A stretch of DNA of 64,000 nt from Eledone cirrhosa (GCA_964016885.1 OZ024740.1:94798001-94862000); one strand, 5' to 3'; counted from the first letter of the stretch, positions 1-12,769 are shown. The notes: a model not told the origin generated them from the letters alone. Numbers and translations are program-made.

Positions 1-2742
1 ATGAAGCACTGAATCAAGAATATTATATGAAATAGCGTACTTTCATTATACGCACCGGCGTTTAAGTGATATTAATTACAATAACTTGAACCTATCTATA
101 AGTAATCTTCAATTTCAATTAGAAGCAATATGCCTAACGTATCTAGTGCCATATTTAAAGCAATATACATTACTAACATTTAATTGTTGTGTGGGAAGAA
201 GATGGATGAATAATATTTGTCTAACAATTGCTATTGTCAATCCTTATATTATTAGATGTATGATAACTATCGTTACTAGCCTTGATGATTTATCAGCATA
301 GGCAAATTAGTAACAGCATAATTTTAATTAAACGAACGAAGATATATAAATCGTATACTTGCCTGAAATTGTAATCACCAGCAATTAAACTTGCTGAGTG
401 AGTCAATGTAGGAAATTAATCTTAATTTTACATTAACTTCATCTATAAGTAGAAAAAGAAAAAAAAGAAAAATGCAGTAACGTAGAATCTGAGAAACTGG
501 GCGATCATATATAAAATTTCAGATATACACTGTAAAATGTATAGTTAAATAATATATTAGTATAGTATACCATTCTGCACAGGTCACATTGTTTGATGCT
601 GAAATTATGATGCCATAGGAATATTTCGGATTTACGTAAACATTATTTACATTTAGAAAACACCCACAATTTTGCAATATATAAGATGTGCCGTAAGGAT
701 TTACATCAACAGCAAGCATGTGAAACTAGAGATTATAACTGGCATGGAACTGCGAAGAAGTCGCAGGTATCTATATCATTTGTATTTGCCATGTCTTATG
801 CATGCACGCCGATAACATCGTAACAACCATGAATAAACAATCGACATTCTAGTCAAATTGGGTATTCATATTCAGACACACATATATTGTAGATCGATGT
901 CTATGTGAAAATATATGAAATTATTGAATACGTAAGACCATTAAAAGTGTACATCCTATTTACATGTTTCTGAATAATAAATATTGAAAGTATTTGTAGA
1001 AGATGCATATATTTATGAAACAATATAATGGAATACTCCGTAAATCGGCATGTTTATTATATGTTTGGTTATGAATTTAATATGAATGGTATAAAAACAA
1101 GGCAGTAATCGAATATAAAATGTGCAGAGATAATGGAGGTGAATTTCCTAAGATATAAAATAGATCTGTAAATACGTGAAATAGTGAAAATCAATGCCCG
1201 TTAATATGATGTATGAACATATTTCAATAGCAGTCGTATTCAATTCTAAATTTAAATATTCTCTTTAAATTGTAGTCTTGAAAATGTTCTGTTAGTGCTC
1301 TTTACGTATAACTCATTTACATAATTGTTTCTAGATCTAACTATTGTATCACTTAATATAGTATTGTCATTGCTTGCTTTCCTGTTCTTTGATCCCGTAT
1401 TTTTGCATTACGATTAAACGTATCATAGCATATTCATATCAAATTATGTTTTAGAAATACGAAACAAAAGCTCACATCATTCACCTGGTTTAATAGCCAG
1501 TAACGATATATGTATTGACATTGAGCACAATTCCTTTCAAATGTAATTACTCATAATATAACATGATTTACTTTCTCACCAGATAATTCCAGATTTGCTC
1601 TTATAAAGTTTCAACCCGTGTTAGAGATTATTTTTATATTCTATACATAGTATATCGTGCTGGAGATAATTCATTTTATTTTCCCTTCGGTAAGGTTGTA
1701 TACCGTGACTTGAAAGATAATGCTTCTTAGGTTGCGATAGAATGTAGTCTTCGTTTTCTAGAATCAAAATAAAATAAAGAGATTGTAAATACTCATAGAA
1801 ATTAGATTAATTAATGTGTGGGAATTGTCATGAGTATTTTTGGGGGGGAAGGAGTTATACACAAAATGAACAAATTAGTAAGTTCTAACATTACTCGTAC
1901 AAAATATACATCAAATAGAGTTTTAAAAGTGTGTGAGAATGACATCTAGTGATGGTTACTTCTACGGATATTAATTCAGCAATGAGCATTTGATATTCCA
2001 GCAATTATGTTACATCTACGATATCATAATTGCTCTAGTGAAGATATCAACCGCTTAAGGAATGTGTTATGGTGATTTGCTTTCTATTAAATTTCTCTAA
2101 ACAATTGATAACAATTCAATAGTAAGGAGTTAAATATATATTTAAGTTTTACATTTACATTTATGTATGCATAATTTTACATGTGACCAGTCTTTATGTA
2201 CATACAAATTGACATTCCCCATATACCACTCTACTTCCCCCCCCCATACGCATACCCAACACCACCAGCAGACTATAATCCCAATATCACCATACACACA
2301 CACGAAAATAAAGTACACGCTGCACAGATAGAAACATGAGACATAAACGGCACACACACACAAAAACATATGAACACAGAAACATACACATACACACCCA
2401 TATGCACTCCCAGACATACTCATACATAAATATACACACATCAACCATCACGCACATGTACATATAATTGTTCCGCCAATGATCAGACACAACCACAACG
2501 ATATCATCGATACAAACATACACATAAACAGTATGTATAATTATATTTATGTACGTATACATACATACCTACTTACATTTAAGGAACTGCCTTACTAAGA
2601 GTGAGAAATGAAATTTAGTTTCATTCTATTCCATATATCCTTTTCGGTGCGCGTGGCCGACTAAACTCACTCGATATACAAATTAGGTTGCTCAGCCGTT
2701 AATATGCATAAGGAAAGTATATACTTTCAGACGATGAACCAT

Positions 2743-2811
2743 CTGGCAGGAAGGTATACGATGCTGACGATAGATAATAAGCTTGAAACTAGTACATCGT
2801 TCCCGAGTCAG
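2743..2811 (+). ncRNA. Type I hammerhead ribozyme, copy 1 (one mismatch in stem II)
   Basis: ctggca-ggaa-ggtat-acgatg CTGACGA t-agat-aata-agct-t GAAA ctag TA catcgt-tcc-cg-agtcag. Stem I is acgatg/catcgt. Confidence 0.85.
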
Positions 2812-3181
2812 TGTGGAACAAAAAGGTGACGTGGTTGCCTAAACACTGTACGGAGTAATTCGTGCTGTTTGTTTGTTTACAAACAAACCGACCATTATAA
2901 TAAATGTTCGATAAACCGATACGTGCATATATGTGTGCATGTATGTATATATATATACATACTACTGTACGTCTATATGCATATATGTATGTACGTATAC
3001 ATACATACATACTTACATTTAAGTAAATGTCGTATTAAGAGTGAGAAATGAAATTAGTTTCATTCTATTCCATTTACCGTTTTCGGTGCGCCCGGCCGAC
3101 TAAACTCACTCAATAAGGAAATTAGGCTGCTAAGCCGTTAATATGCATAAGGAAAGTATATACTTTTAGACGTTCAACCAT

Positions 3182-3250
3182 CTGGCAGGAAGGTATACGA
3201 TGCTGACGATAGCTAATAAGCTTGAAACTAGTACATCGTTCCCGTGTCAG
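3182..3250 (+). ncRNA. Type I hammerhead ribozyme, copy 2 (best preserved)
   Basis: ctggca ggaa ggtat acgatg CTGACGA t agct aata agct t GAAA ctag TA catcgt tcc cg tgtcag. Full core, stem I acgatg/catcgt extended by gga/tcc and ctggca/tgtcag, stem II agct/agct, GUA cleavage triplet. Confidence 0.92.
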
Positions 3251-3621
3251 TGTTGAACAAAAAGTTGACGTGGTTGCCTAAACACTGTACGGCGTAATTC
3301 GTGCTGTTTGTTTGTTTACAAACAAACCGAGCATTATAATAAATGTTCGGTAAACCGATGCGTGCATACATATATATATATGTGCATGTATGTATATATA
3401 CATACTACTGTGCGTCTGTATACATATATTTATGTACGTATACATAAGTACTTACAGTTAAGTAACTGTCGTACTAAGAGTGAGAAATGAAATTTAGTTT
3501 CATTCTATTCTATTTATCGTCTTCGGTGCGCCCGGCCGACTAAACTCACGCGATATGCAAATTAGGCTGCTAAGCCGTATAGATGCACAAGGAAAGTATA
3601 TACTTTTAGACGTTCAACCAT

Positions 3622-3690
3622 CTGGCAGGAAGGTATACGATGCTGACGATAGTTAATAAGCTTGAAACTAGTACATCGTTCCTGTGTCAG
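3622..3690 (+). ncRNA. Type I hammerhead ribozyme, copy 3
   Basis: Same as copy 2, with stem II agtt/agct (the G-U wobble keeps pairing). Confidence 0.9.
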
Positions 3691-3921
3691 TGTTGAACAA
3701 AAAGGTGACGTGGTTGCCTAAACACTGTACGGCGTAAGTTGGGCTGTTTGTATGTTTACAAACAAACAGAGCATTATAATAGATGTTCGGTAAACCGATA
3801 CGTGCATATATATATATGTGTGTGCAAGTATGTATACATATATATACATACTACTGTGCGTCTGTATACATATATGTATGTACGTATACATACATACATA
3901 CTTATATATATATATATATAT

Positions 3922-4179
3922 GACACACAAAAACAAGATGGCGTAGGAGAGAACAAAGGAGAGGCACAAAAAGCAAAGGAAAGAACCCCCAGTCACTGAA
4001 GAGGCCACATAATGTATGACGAAAGAACTTTGACAATATATAAACAACCATCTAGTTGTAGAACCAACCAACCAACCGGAAATCTATAAATTCCTAAATT
4101 TATAAATTTACTATAATAAATTGAATTGAAACAGCTGGTGCGTGTGTTTCTTATTGGCAACATGACCCTTCCAAAGTAT

Positions 4180-4184
<5 letters not shown>
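3922..4184 (+). mobile_element. Solo PLE terminal (pLTR-like) fragment with HHR-like motif
   Basis: Reverse-complement match to 39440-39700, which lies downstream of a GIY-YIG fragment. Contains gtca CTGAAGA ggccacataatgtatgac GAAA gaac TT tgac (3992-4034). Flanked by (AT)n on both sides. Confidence 0.7.
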
Positions 4185-4252
<68 letters not shown>

Positions 4253-4259
4253 TAAATTA

Positions 4260-4520
4260 GTGAGAATCGTATTTCAGCTCAAGAATTAACGAAAATCAAC
4301 GTCCGATATGTGTGGCAAGCGCTCGATGATTCATGTGAATCAGAGCTACAACATACGTTAAGGGCCAAACACACTGAGATGATGTTTAAACAGATCATCC
4401 GCATATCCAAAACAAACGACCAAGTAATTCGGGTCAAACAATAAAAATATATGTGATTGATAATTTACCCGGACCCTGGACTGTTGGTAAAATCCAGTAT
4501 TTGGCTTCTGCGACTCCAAA
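4260..4520. repeat. Unclassified interspersed repeat (diverged copy at ~59095-59370)
   Basis: Shared blocks gagaatcgtatttc, gtggcaagcgctc, agagcta, ggtcaaacaa and ggtaaaat in the same order. Both copies follow an (AT)n tract. Confidence 0.55.
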
Positions 4521-4881
4521 ATCAGGTACTGTCAGCCTACATAAAGAATGTTGGGCTTCTGGTAAGATGATTGAACAAGGAAGCCGTGTTATCAACGGGT
4601 TTTTGCTCCAAATGCTATACATAAGTGTGGCTATTACTGACCCCACGTGGAGTTCAGCAAGGGAGGCAACACTTATATTCAGTCGTGTATAATATTGCGA
4701 GAATGCAAAATATTAATATATACATCGCATAGACCTACATTAACATCCCTATGAATAATTAATGTTCTCTCTTAATCTAGACTATATGGCAAAATATATA
4801 AATAATCTTGTTACTTTGTTTATTTCGTTCAGTGGTCAGTGGTGAACATCCAGTTTTATCTAATATTTGTTTTTTAATAAT

Positions 4882-5012
4882 CATTTCTAATTTAGGCATA
4901 CATCCTGTAATTTCTTGAGGGAATGGGAAATTTGATTAAGTTAATGGGACTTTATTTTATCACCACTGAAATGTTGAAAGGGCAAAGGTAACTTTGGCGG
5001 GTTTGAACAAAT
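4882..5012 (-). mobile_element. Degenerate tRNA-derived SINE fragment
   Basis: actttattttatc...tgaaagggcaaaggtaactttggcgggtttgaac matches the SINE copies at 19461 and 28664. Confidence 0.6.
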
Positions 5013-6301
5013 CCTGACGATGACATTAATTACATATATTCATTTAATCTAGGTGATATCTGCAAGACTGAACAATAGTATAAAGACATAAACGAACGGC
5101 TGCAGATAATTATTGAGTGATATATGTTCGTATAGTTAGTATATATTTACTTGTTCATATTACAAATACTGTATCGGTTTTATGTTTTGAACTGATAATA
5201 AATAACTATAATAATGATGAATTTCAACGTTTTATTTTTTTCTAATATCGGGAGTGAAATAATGGGGAGTGAAATTGACTGGCAGATTGTTGTTTTGTTA
5301 ACACACAGCAGCACAACCCCTAGGGCCCGTTACATATTTTTCGTCTGCACATTTCCAGCATCCATCCTTCATGCCTTTCGTCGAAGAATTAGTCAGAGAT
5401 ATTCTCGACACCACCACCCCAGTTTCGTTACGTTTTCTAGAAGTTTCTATTGGCTTTCTAACTAGCTCTCCATCTACTCAAGTGTCAATTTTGCTGCTCC
5501 CTTACTGAACATTATTGAGTCTAGACTTTCACCATTTTTCAGGCGAACCGCCATTTGGTTTTCAACATTGTTCCGTAAACAGTCCTTCAATTGACTTATT
5601 ATTTGGTCTCTGTTGGTTTGCGCACAGGAAATGATTCATTCAAGAGGCCCTATGTATGAAGCCTAACTACGTCGATTGTACAGAACACACGTTTCTGGTC
5701 CCTGCTGTCGAATATATTTTGTATATTCTGATTTTTGCGACTCTCAAAATATCGAATCGATTGATGTTTTTAAATTGACTGATATCTCTATTTTAAAAAC
5801 ATATACTCGTCACTTCCTCTTTAGTGTAAAATCATTTTCCTTGTTGATAATTCTACGCCTTCGTATATTATTGTACAGCTTGGTGGTCTTACTCCAGTTG
5901 AACGTGGTGTCTGGCAACAAGAACATATGACTTGTCTTTCATACTAAGAAACATAAATCCTCTGTGAAGATCAAGCAAGTTCTGGGACAACTAATAATCT
6001 TAATTGATTGAGATGGCAAATTCTGTTTCTAATAAACCAACAGAAAAGGGTATATTTTTAAGCCCTCTAGATTTGGGACATTTGACAAGAAATTTACCAA
6101 TGGGGTGAGACGCTTATTATGTTTTGTCTGTGTGTGTGTGAGTTTGAATCCTAAAACTCGAGAACCACCCAATCGACTGTTTTCAAAATTTACACATGTA
6201 ATACATTACACATATAATACTTATGTTTCAGGGAGTGTTCTGAGCAAAAACAAATTCAAATTGTCAATGCCCTAGGGACCGCATTAGGCGATTTAGCGAT
6301 T

Positions 6302-7081
6302 TCTCTCTATAATTCTTAGTCTTTCTCTTTTTATATAGATACATACATATAACGTCGCACCCATATCATATCTGTCTGTATGTATGGCTGTCTGCATGAC
6401 GTCACTTCCCTGAGGATGTTTGTATGTGTGTGTGTGTGTGTGTGTGTCTGTGTGTGTGTGTGTGTGTGTGTATGTGTGTGTGTCTGAGTTTGAATCCCCA
6501 AAACTCGAGAAGTACCCAACCGATGTGTTTCAAAATTTACATGTGTAATACTTATGTTTCAGGCAGTGTTATTCACATACAAATTCAACATTTTGATCTC
6601 CTAAGGCCAGCATTAGGTTCAAAAGTGCGTTTGTTAAGCATTTTAGGGATTTTTTGAGGCGTTACGTCAGACCGATTTCCTTGAAATTGTAACTATGTAT
6701 TAGTCTGTCTCTTCTTCATACCGTGAGCAAAGAAAATCCAATTTTCCTTATGGCCTAGGGCTCACATTAGGTGAAAACTTTCATTTTTTCAGCTTTTTAG
6801 GGCTTTTTGGCGGCGTTACGTCTAGCCGATTTTGCCGAAATTGCAAAGCATATTATGCACACACAAACATTTCATTTTCTTGATCCCCTAGTGCCCGCTT
6901 TAGGTGAAAACCTGCATTTTACCTGCTTCATCGACGAACATCTTAAAGATTATCCAACGATCAGAGTATTCGGTTATATTCTTTACATATTGTCCAGGCA
7001 TGCAGTTTTTCACGATTAGGTCTGTTGGCAGCCCGGGTTCCAAAATACATTGTCCCGTGCAACGCCGCGTACCACTTCTAG
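6302..7081 (+). mobile_element. Non-autonomous Helitron-like element (related fragment at ~6120-6300)
   Basis: 5' tgtctgtatgtatg/(GT)n block, internal accgatttccttgaaatt motif, and 3' cccgtgcaacgccgcgt hairpin region followed by CTAG|T at 7078-7082. The 5' boundary is approximate. Confidence 0.6.
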
Positions 7082-7509
7082 TAACTACTAAATGATTACC
7101 ACTTCTAGTAACTACTAAATGACACAGATTAGGTTTGTTAACATAACTTTCTTCGAGCAAATGTATATATTGTCACTATTAGCAACGGCATAATTTTGAT
7201 ATTATTGAATCTGTATACACTACTATTTCTATCAATACTGCCCTGGTATTAGTAAACATTGCAAGATAAAAATATAGTTTCCACCAGAATCTAGATAATA
7301 AGGAATTTTGAATTATATTGATCAACAGTGACCTTTTCGTATCAGTTGAATTTCACAGGATTACTATTCAGAGATATTGTAATTCAAATATTGCCGTGCG
7401 TTAAGGTACACATACTGGCTTAAAATTATTGGGAGGATTAAAATCATAAAATAAAATTAAAATAATGAAAGTATAAATAAATGTGTGTATACACATATTG
7501 ATACACCCC

Positions 7510-7554
7510 ATACACACACGCACACAAACACACAGAAACACACACACACACAAA

Positions 7555-7638
<84 letters not shown>

Positions 7639-7641
7639 TAT

Positions 7642-7720
<79 letters not shown>

Positions 7721-7735
7721 TTACTATATATATAC
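7510..7735. repeat. (CA)n/(AT)n compound microsatellite
   Basis: Read directly from the sequence. Confidence 0.95.
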
Positions 7736-9621
7736 AATAAATAACTGTATACATTTGAATATAAAATATATCATTTATTATTAATTATTTTTTATTCCTA
7801 TATGCAGCGGAATTATCAACGTTTCAAAATTAAATATAATTTTCTTTTGGACACCGAAACTCATGCAATGAGATATTTAATATCATCATGTACAAGAAAC
7901 TGAAATATATATATTAGTAAAGCTTTCTAAGTATAATTAATTTTGAAATATCTTCATAGCAATTCCAAATGAAGTATTAATGCGGTATATTTATACATAT
8001 ATACATACATTCGTTTATAATCATACACATGGATATATACATAGTTAATGAAAGAACACAGGAGGAATGATCCTACTTACAGTTATTGGAAAAAAGTTTC
8101 AATTAAAATATGGAATAGATGCTATACGTAGTATTTCAACATATTCCGGTTTCAATAGCTAATAATAATTTTGTTTGGGATAAGTTGTCCATGGAAATGT
8201 TACCTCATCCATTCTTCGGTTGTGTGCCTTTATACGACGGTTGAGGGATTTTATGTTTGGCATACGTTCCTCCTTTTCTTGCTCTCTCAATCCAAGGCCA
8301 CAGAACCCACTACAATACCTCCACGTATTCCGTACCCCTGTCACCTAAGCGAGAATGAAGAAAGAGGTCGTGATTCTGCCCCATTTACCACGACTCGCAG
8401 TACAATACCAGACAATCAAGGCGTGTATTCTAAATCTATAAAATTATATATTTAAACCAAAATAACTGTATCCATTGTGAACATATTTAAAGATATTAAT
8501 ATATGATAATTCTTAATATAATTTTGTAAGGAAATACATATATTGCATGAAACCTATAATAAGAAATTTCGGGTAAAATATACAACAATGAGAAAAAATA
8601 GGGAAGAAATTAGGGTATAAAGTAAGACTATTAACTTCTAAAATTAATTATTATATCTTAACTACACATTAGTGGAAACAAATAACAACTGCTCAAAATA
8701 CAAATATCCATAGTAGGCAGTGGTGTCTTTGATTTGAATTTCTAATTCATTAAGAAAATGCGAGATAAAGTGAAACCATGACGTAACGCGAATTTTAATA
8801 TAATAACATATATTACATATACTTTAGAAGAAATTCTATCATGAAATGTTTATTATTACATACCTAGTGTTAAAAGAACATTTATCTATTAGTGTTCACT
8901 AAAACTATATTAAACAGCTCTTAGAACACTGGGCGCGTCTTGCTGCCAAAAACAAGAGACCCCAAAATGGAGTTTCATTTCAGTAATCTGTAATTGAGTA
9001 ACTAATGTGAAAGGCAAATAGTGCGTTTGCTTTTATTCTCGATATGATATTCACAATTAAATAAATAACATTTTAACACACCAAATCGCGGACGGGAAGA
9101 ATTTGCAAAACAGAAAAATTACAAATGCGAATTTATAATATTGTCATCGTTTAAATTAATACCACAGAAGATCCCATAAAACAACAATCTAGTTTATTCA
9201 TCGATACAAAAAAGTAGTTAATAAATGTTTAAATAAACCTTAATAGTATTTATAAAATTCTATTTCAAAATAAAGAAATAAAATATTGTTATTATTACAC
9301 AGCAATAATAAATACTTACATGCAAATTGGAAGTATTGTTAAGGATACGTCTACGATGAATGAAGAAATTTAACCTAAAGCCTAGTTTAATTATAAGCAA
9401 TTAATTAGATGAATATTTCAATAGTTATAATAACATCTAAAATATAAGAAATGTCTTTATATAATTACAAACTACTTTTAATTAATGTGATGCTGCAGTC
9501 TAAAATTTAGTCACATACACATACACTCACGCACAAACACGTAGACACAGACACACACGCACGCACATACACACGCCCCCCCCCACACACAAGCACACGC
9601 ACGTGCGCGCGCGCACACACT

Positions 9622-9661
<40 letters not shown>

Positions 9662-9867
9662 GACAACAAGAATTGCATGTTATTGCACATTTTATAACAT
9701 ACTACAGTTTCTTTCCATATCGATAACCTCGTGTATGATAATGCGATCGGATCCCGACTCTTAATCGACACCTTTTTAAATATAAGAGTTTACATGAATA
9801 TTCCCAAACATGTTACCCACCAAATGACATAAGTGTGTGTGAGTGAGTGTGTGTATGTCTGTATGTT

Positions 9868-9918
<51 letters not shown>

Positions 9919-10308
9919 CAAGAAAAAAGAGTGACATGGTTCGCTATACAATAAGGACTTTATTCACATTGCTGACAATTCTTTATTCGATCTGGTAATT
10001 CTAGTGTTCGCTACCCGCCTGACTTTGCGTCAATCGATCTCCAATACTTTGTTTATAACCATTTTCATTGGAGCATGCGAAAGTGAAGAATATAAACATT
10101 GCATGGCTTTTATATAGGAGTGGTATTAAACCCGAACAATGATATCAATAATAAAATAAAATAAAATAACTAGATAGTGAATAGTTAAAATAATAACATC
10201 AATATAAGTAGGAAATAGAGTATAGTGATGAATCTAGCATGTTAAACGAACTGATATTACATACAGCAAAACTTTAATATGCATGAATCGCAACCCACAT
10301 AGAAAAGT

Positions 10309-10770
10309 TTGCAAAACCACAATGTGAAAGCTGCACAGAGTAATAACTCGAACTGCAATTGTCACCTACCGGACAAATGCCCATTAGCGAATAGGTGCCT
10401 TGATTCGAGCCAAATGTACATGTGCACTGTGAACTTGGGCAACTCCACTTATATTGGATCCACCGCGGGTGTTTTTAAAAAAAGATGTTATGTGTACAGA
10501 CATTCAATGAAAAACAGTGCACTGGTAAATTCTACAACCCTCGCCAATAACATCTGGCAACTTAAGGACAACAACCTTGATTACAATATTAGATGGTCGA
10601 AATTGGTGGCCGCAAAGTCCTATAGCAGTGGTATGTCCCATTGCGGACTCTGCAACCGTTAATTGCTGCATATTTTAAGGAACGATAAAATGCTATTCAA
10701 CAGCAACATAGAAAGGTTAATTTTATGCAGACATAGGATTGTTACTAAATTCGCGAGATTTAAACCACCG
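10309..10770 (+). pseudogene. GIY-YIG endonuclease fragment of a PLE
   Basis: CNCHLPDKCPLANRC...MYMCTV...TYIGST...FKKR...H...TTLANNIWQLKD...CGLC. Same type as the C-terminus of ORF 33472-35004. Stop at 10662. Confidence 0.85.
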
Positions 10771-11707
10771 TAACTCGAACCAACATCACTTAGGATTTAA
10801 CATGTGACATCCGCATTTTTATACAGCCGACTATAGAACATAATATTATAGAAACTCCTTCTAGCGTCCTTAAATCTATACCACTGGGATATGTCTACAA
10901 CTATCTTATCAGCCCATAAATCAATCCCATCTTTGCTATTGTTTACTCCTTAGGAACAAGCAATTATATCTCACATTAGCACTCATGATCTATAACAGAT
11001 GAACTTAATTCTAAGTACATTATCTTATTACTCCTACACTCCTTGAAATCTCACTTACCTCTTATTATTATTATGAACATCTCAATGTATCCCTAATATT
11101 ATTCATCATGTTCTCTATATCTACCATGCATATTTTACTATTTTATTGCCTTTATTGTCTCTACTATTATTGTTGTTATGATTGTTTTGTTTTATTTATA
11201 TACGATTCCTTATTGATGTTGTGAAAACTAAACCCCCAAGATTCGAAATAACAATCCCAACTTTTAGTATAGGCCACTTAAATAACGAATCTACAACTCC
11301 ACTTAACACCACACAAAAACTATCATTATCACTAAATTAATACTACGTAAATCTTTTTTTGTCAGACAATAAGGAAATCCCCGGTTCATTGCCAGCACAC
11401 CTACAACAAAGCACACACCTCATAAACCTTAACTCCAAGTACATTTTAGTTGTCACTGTTATATCTCCGCCACCTTAACACTATATCTAACGTACCCTAT
11501 AGCAGTTTTCACAGGTCAATTTCATACATCTGTATAATATCAGTTCGTTTAACATGCTAGGTTCAACATTATACTCTAGTTCTTACTTATATTGATGTTA
11601 TTATTTTAACTATTCACTATCTAGTTATCTTATTTTATTGTTGATATCATTGTTCTGGTTTAATACCACTCCTATATAAAAGCCATGCATTGTGTATATT
11701 CTTCACT

Positions 11708-11831
11708 TTCGCATGCTCCAATGAAAACGACTGGTTATAAACAAAGTATTGGAGATCGATTGACGCAAAATCAGACGGGTACCGAACACTAGACTTACCA
11801 GATCGTAGAAACAATTTGTCAGCAATGTGAA
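11708..11831 (+). ncRNA. Hammerhead-like fold with long stem II and variant core CCAAUGA (antisense copy at ~9962-10080)
   Basis: ttcgcatgct CCAATGA aa acga ctggt ... accag a tcgt a GAAA caatttg TC agcaatgtgaa. Stems I, II and III all pair. Confidence 0.7.
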
Positions 11832-12057
11832 TAAAGCCCGTATTGTATAGCGAACCATGTCACTCTTTTTTCTTGAATTATTATTACTCCAAGTATAAAC
11901 TACATAGAAATCACCGCAAACTCGAGCATCACTATGGAAACATCTTGTTGAGTCAAACTAAGCCACACGTTAATACTATCCACTACACGTAATACTCTAA
12001 CTGGACTACATTTAAGTGGACTGTCTATAACGATAACCTGTTATCCTGTATACATAT

Positions 12058-12330
12058 TTATATATATAAAAGTAAGTCGGTCTGTGTGTGTCTGTGTCTG
12101 TCTATGTGTCTGTCTGTGTACAAGTACTAGGCTCCTTTTAACTTTTGAAGTACTAGGCCGATTTCAACCAAATTTGGCACACATGTTGCTTATATGCCAG
12201 AGCAGCTTTTGAACAGAAACACATTTTAAAGAATCGATATTGGGGCCGAAAAATCGATTTTGTGTGTGTATCTGTCTGTGTACAAATAACTAGGCTCCTT
12301 TTAACTGTTGAAGTACTAGGCCGAATTGCT
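12058..12330 (+). mobile_element. Helitron/Helentron-associated-type repeat, 5' portion, with internal duplication
   Basis: tatatataaaagt start, (TGTC)n block and ccgatttcaaccaaatttggcac motif. The block actaggctccttttaact..gaagtactaggccga is repeated at ~12126 and ~12289. Confidence 0.5.
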
Positions 12331-12769
12331 TCAAGGAATGATATTTCTATGTCCAGTGGATGGTCAACGTGGGAGTGGCAGCGCCAACTTACGTATAGGG
12401 TTTAGTCTAATGAAGGCCATACGGTGCGTCTATTCCATATTTATCCCCTTAATCATACCTACTACAACAAGGCCGGACCTGAAATCATTCACGTCTATTA
12501 ACTCAAGCTTCCCCATGAATTGTTTTTATGTTGCCGTTTATTTCACTCAATCATGTCACTGTACATCCAGTTTGTTAAACTTTTTTTTTACAATTACTTT
12601 TCAATTCTTTGCTCAACCTTTGGCTCTCTTTATACGGACAAACAGGCTGTCATTCATTTCCCGAGCAACGTTGCTGTTGACCGGGTCACCAAATCAGTCA
12701 ATTTATATATTTGGATACCTTTCTCGCTTCTATTCATGTTTAATGGGACTACTACCACCCCTCTCTCTT

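Larger units (their letters stand above)
2545..3905 (+). repeat. Tandem array of ~3 copies of a ~440-bp non-coding unit, each with a hammerhead ribozyme (retrozyme-like)
   Basis: CTGACGA cores at 2764, 3203 and 3643 (periods 439 and 440). Whole-unit similarity is visible, e.g. ttttcggtgcgcccggccgactaaactcac and gtgacgtggttgcctaaacactgtacgg. No credible ORF. Confidence 0.92.
9914..11879 (+). mobile_element. 5'-truncated Penelope-like element with an inverted terminal duplication (~350-bp arms)
   Basis: 9914-10266 is the reverse complement of 11529-11879. The spacer has a GIY-YIG fragment (10309-10770) and an AT/C-rich 3' UTR. Confidence 0.85.

Noticed and set aside
4434-4692. Protein-like ORFs on both strands
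   Set aside because: They overlap an interspersed repeat with a diverged copy at ~59.3 kb, have no good splice acceptor and no recognisable domain.
7401-7784. ORFs of YI/CV/TH dipeptide repeats (also ~28100-28460, 39012-39490, 56573-57101, 60428-60729, 63487-63849)
   Set aside because: Translations of dinucleotide microsatellites.
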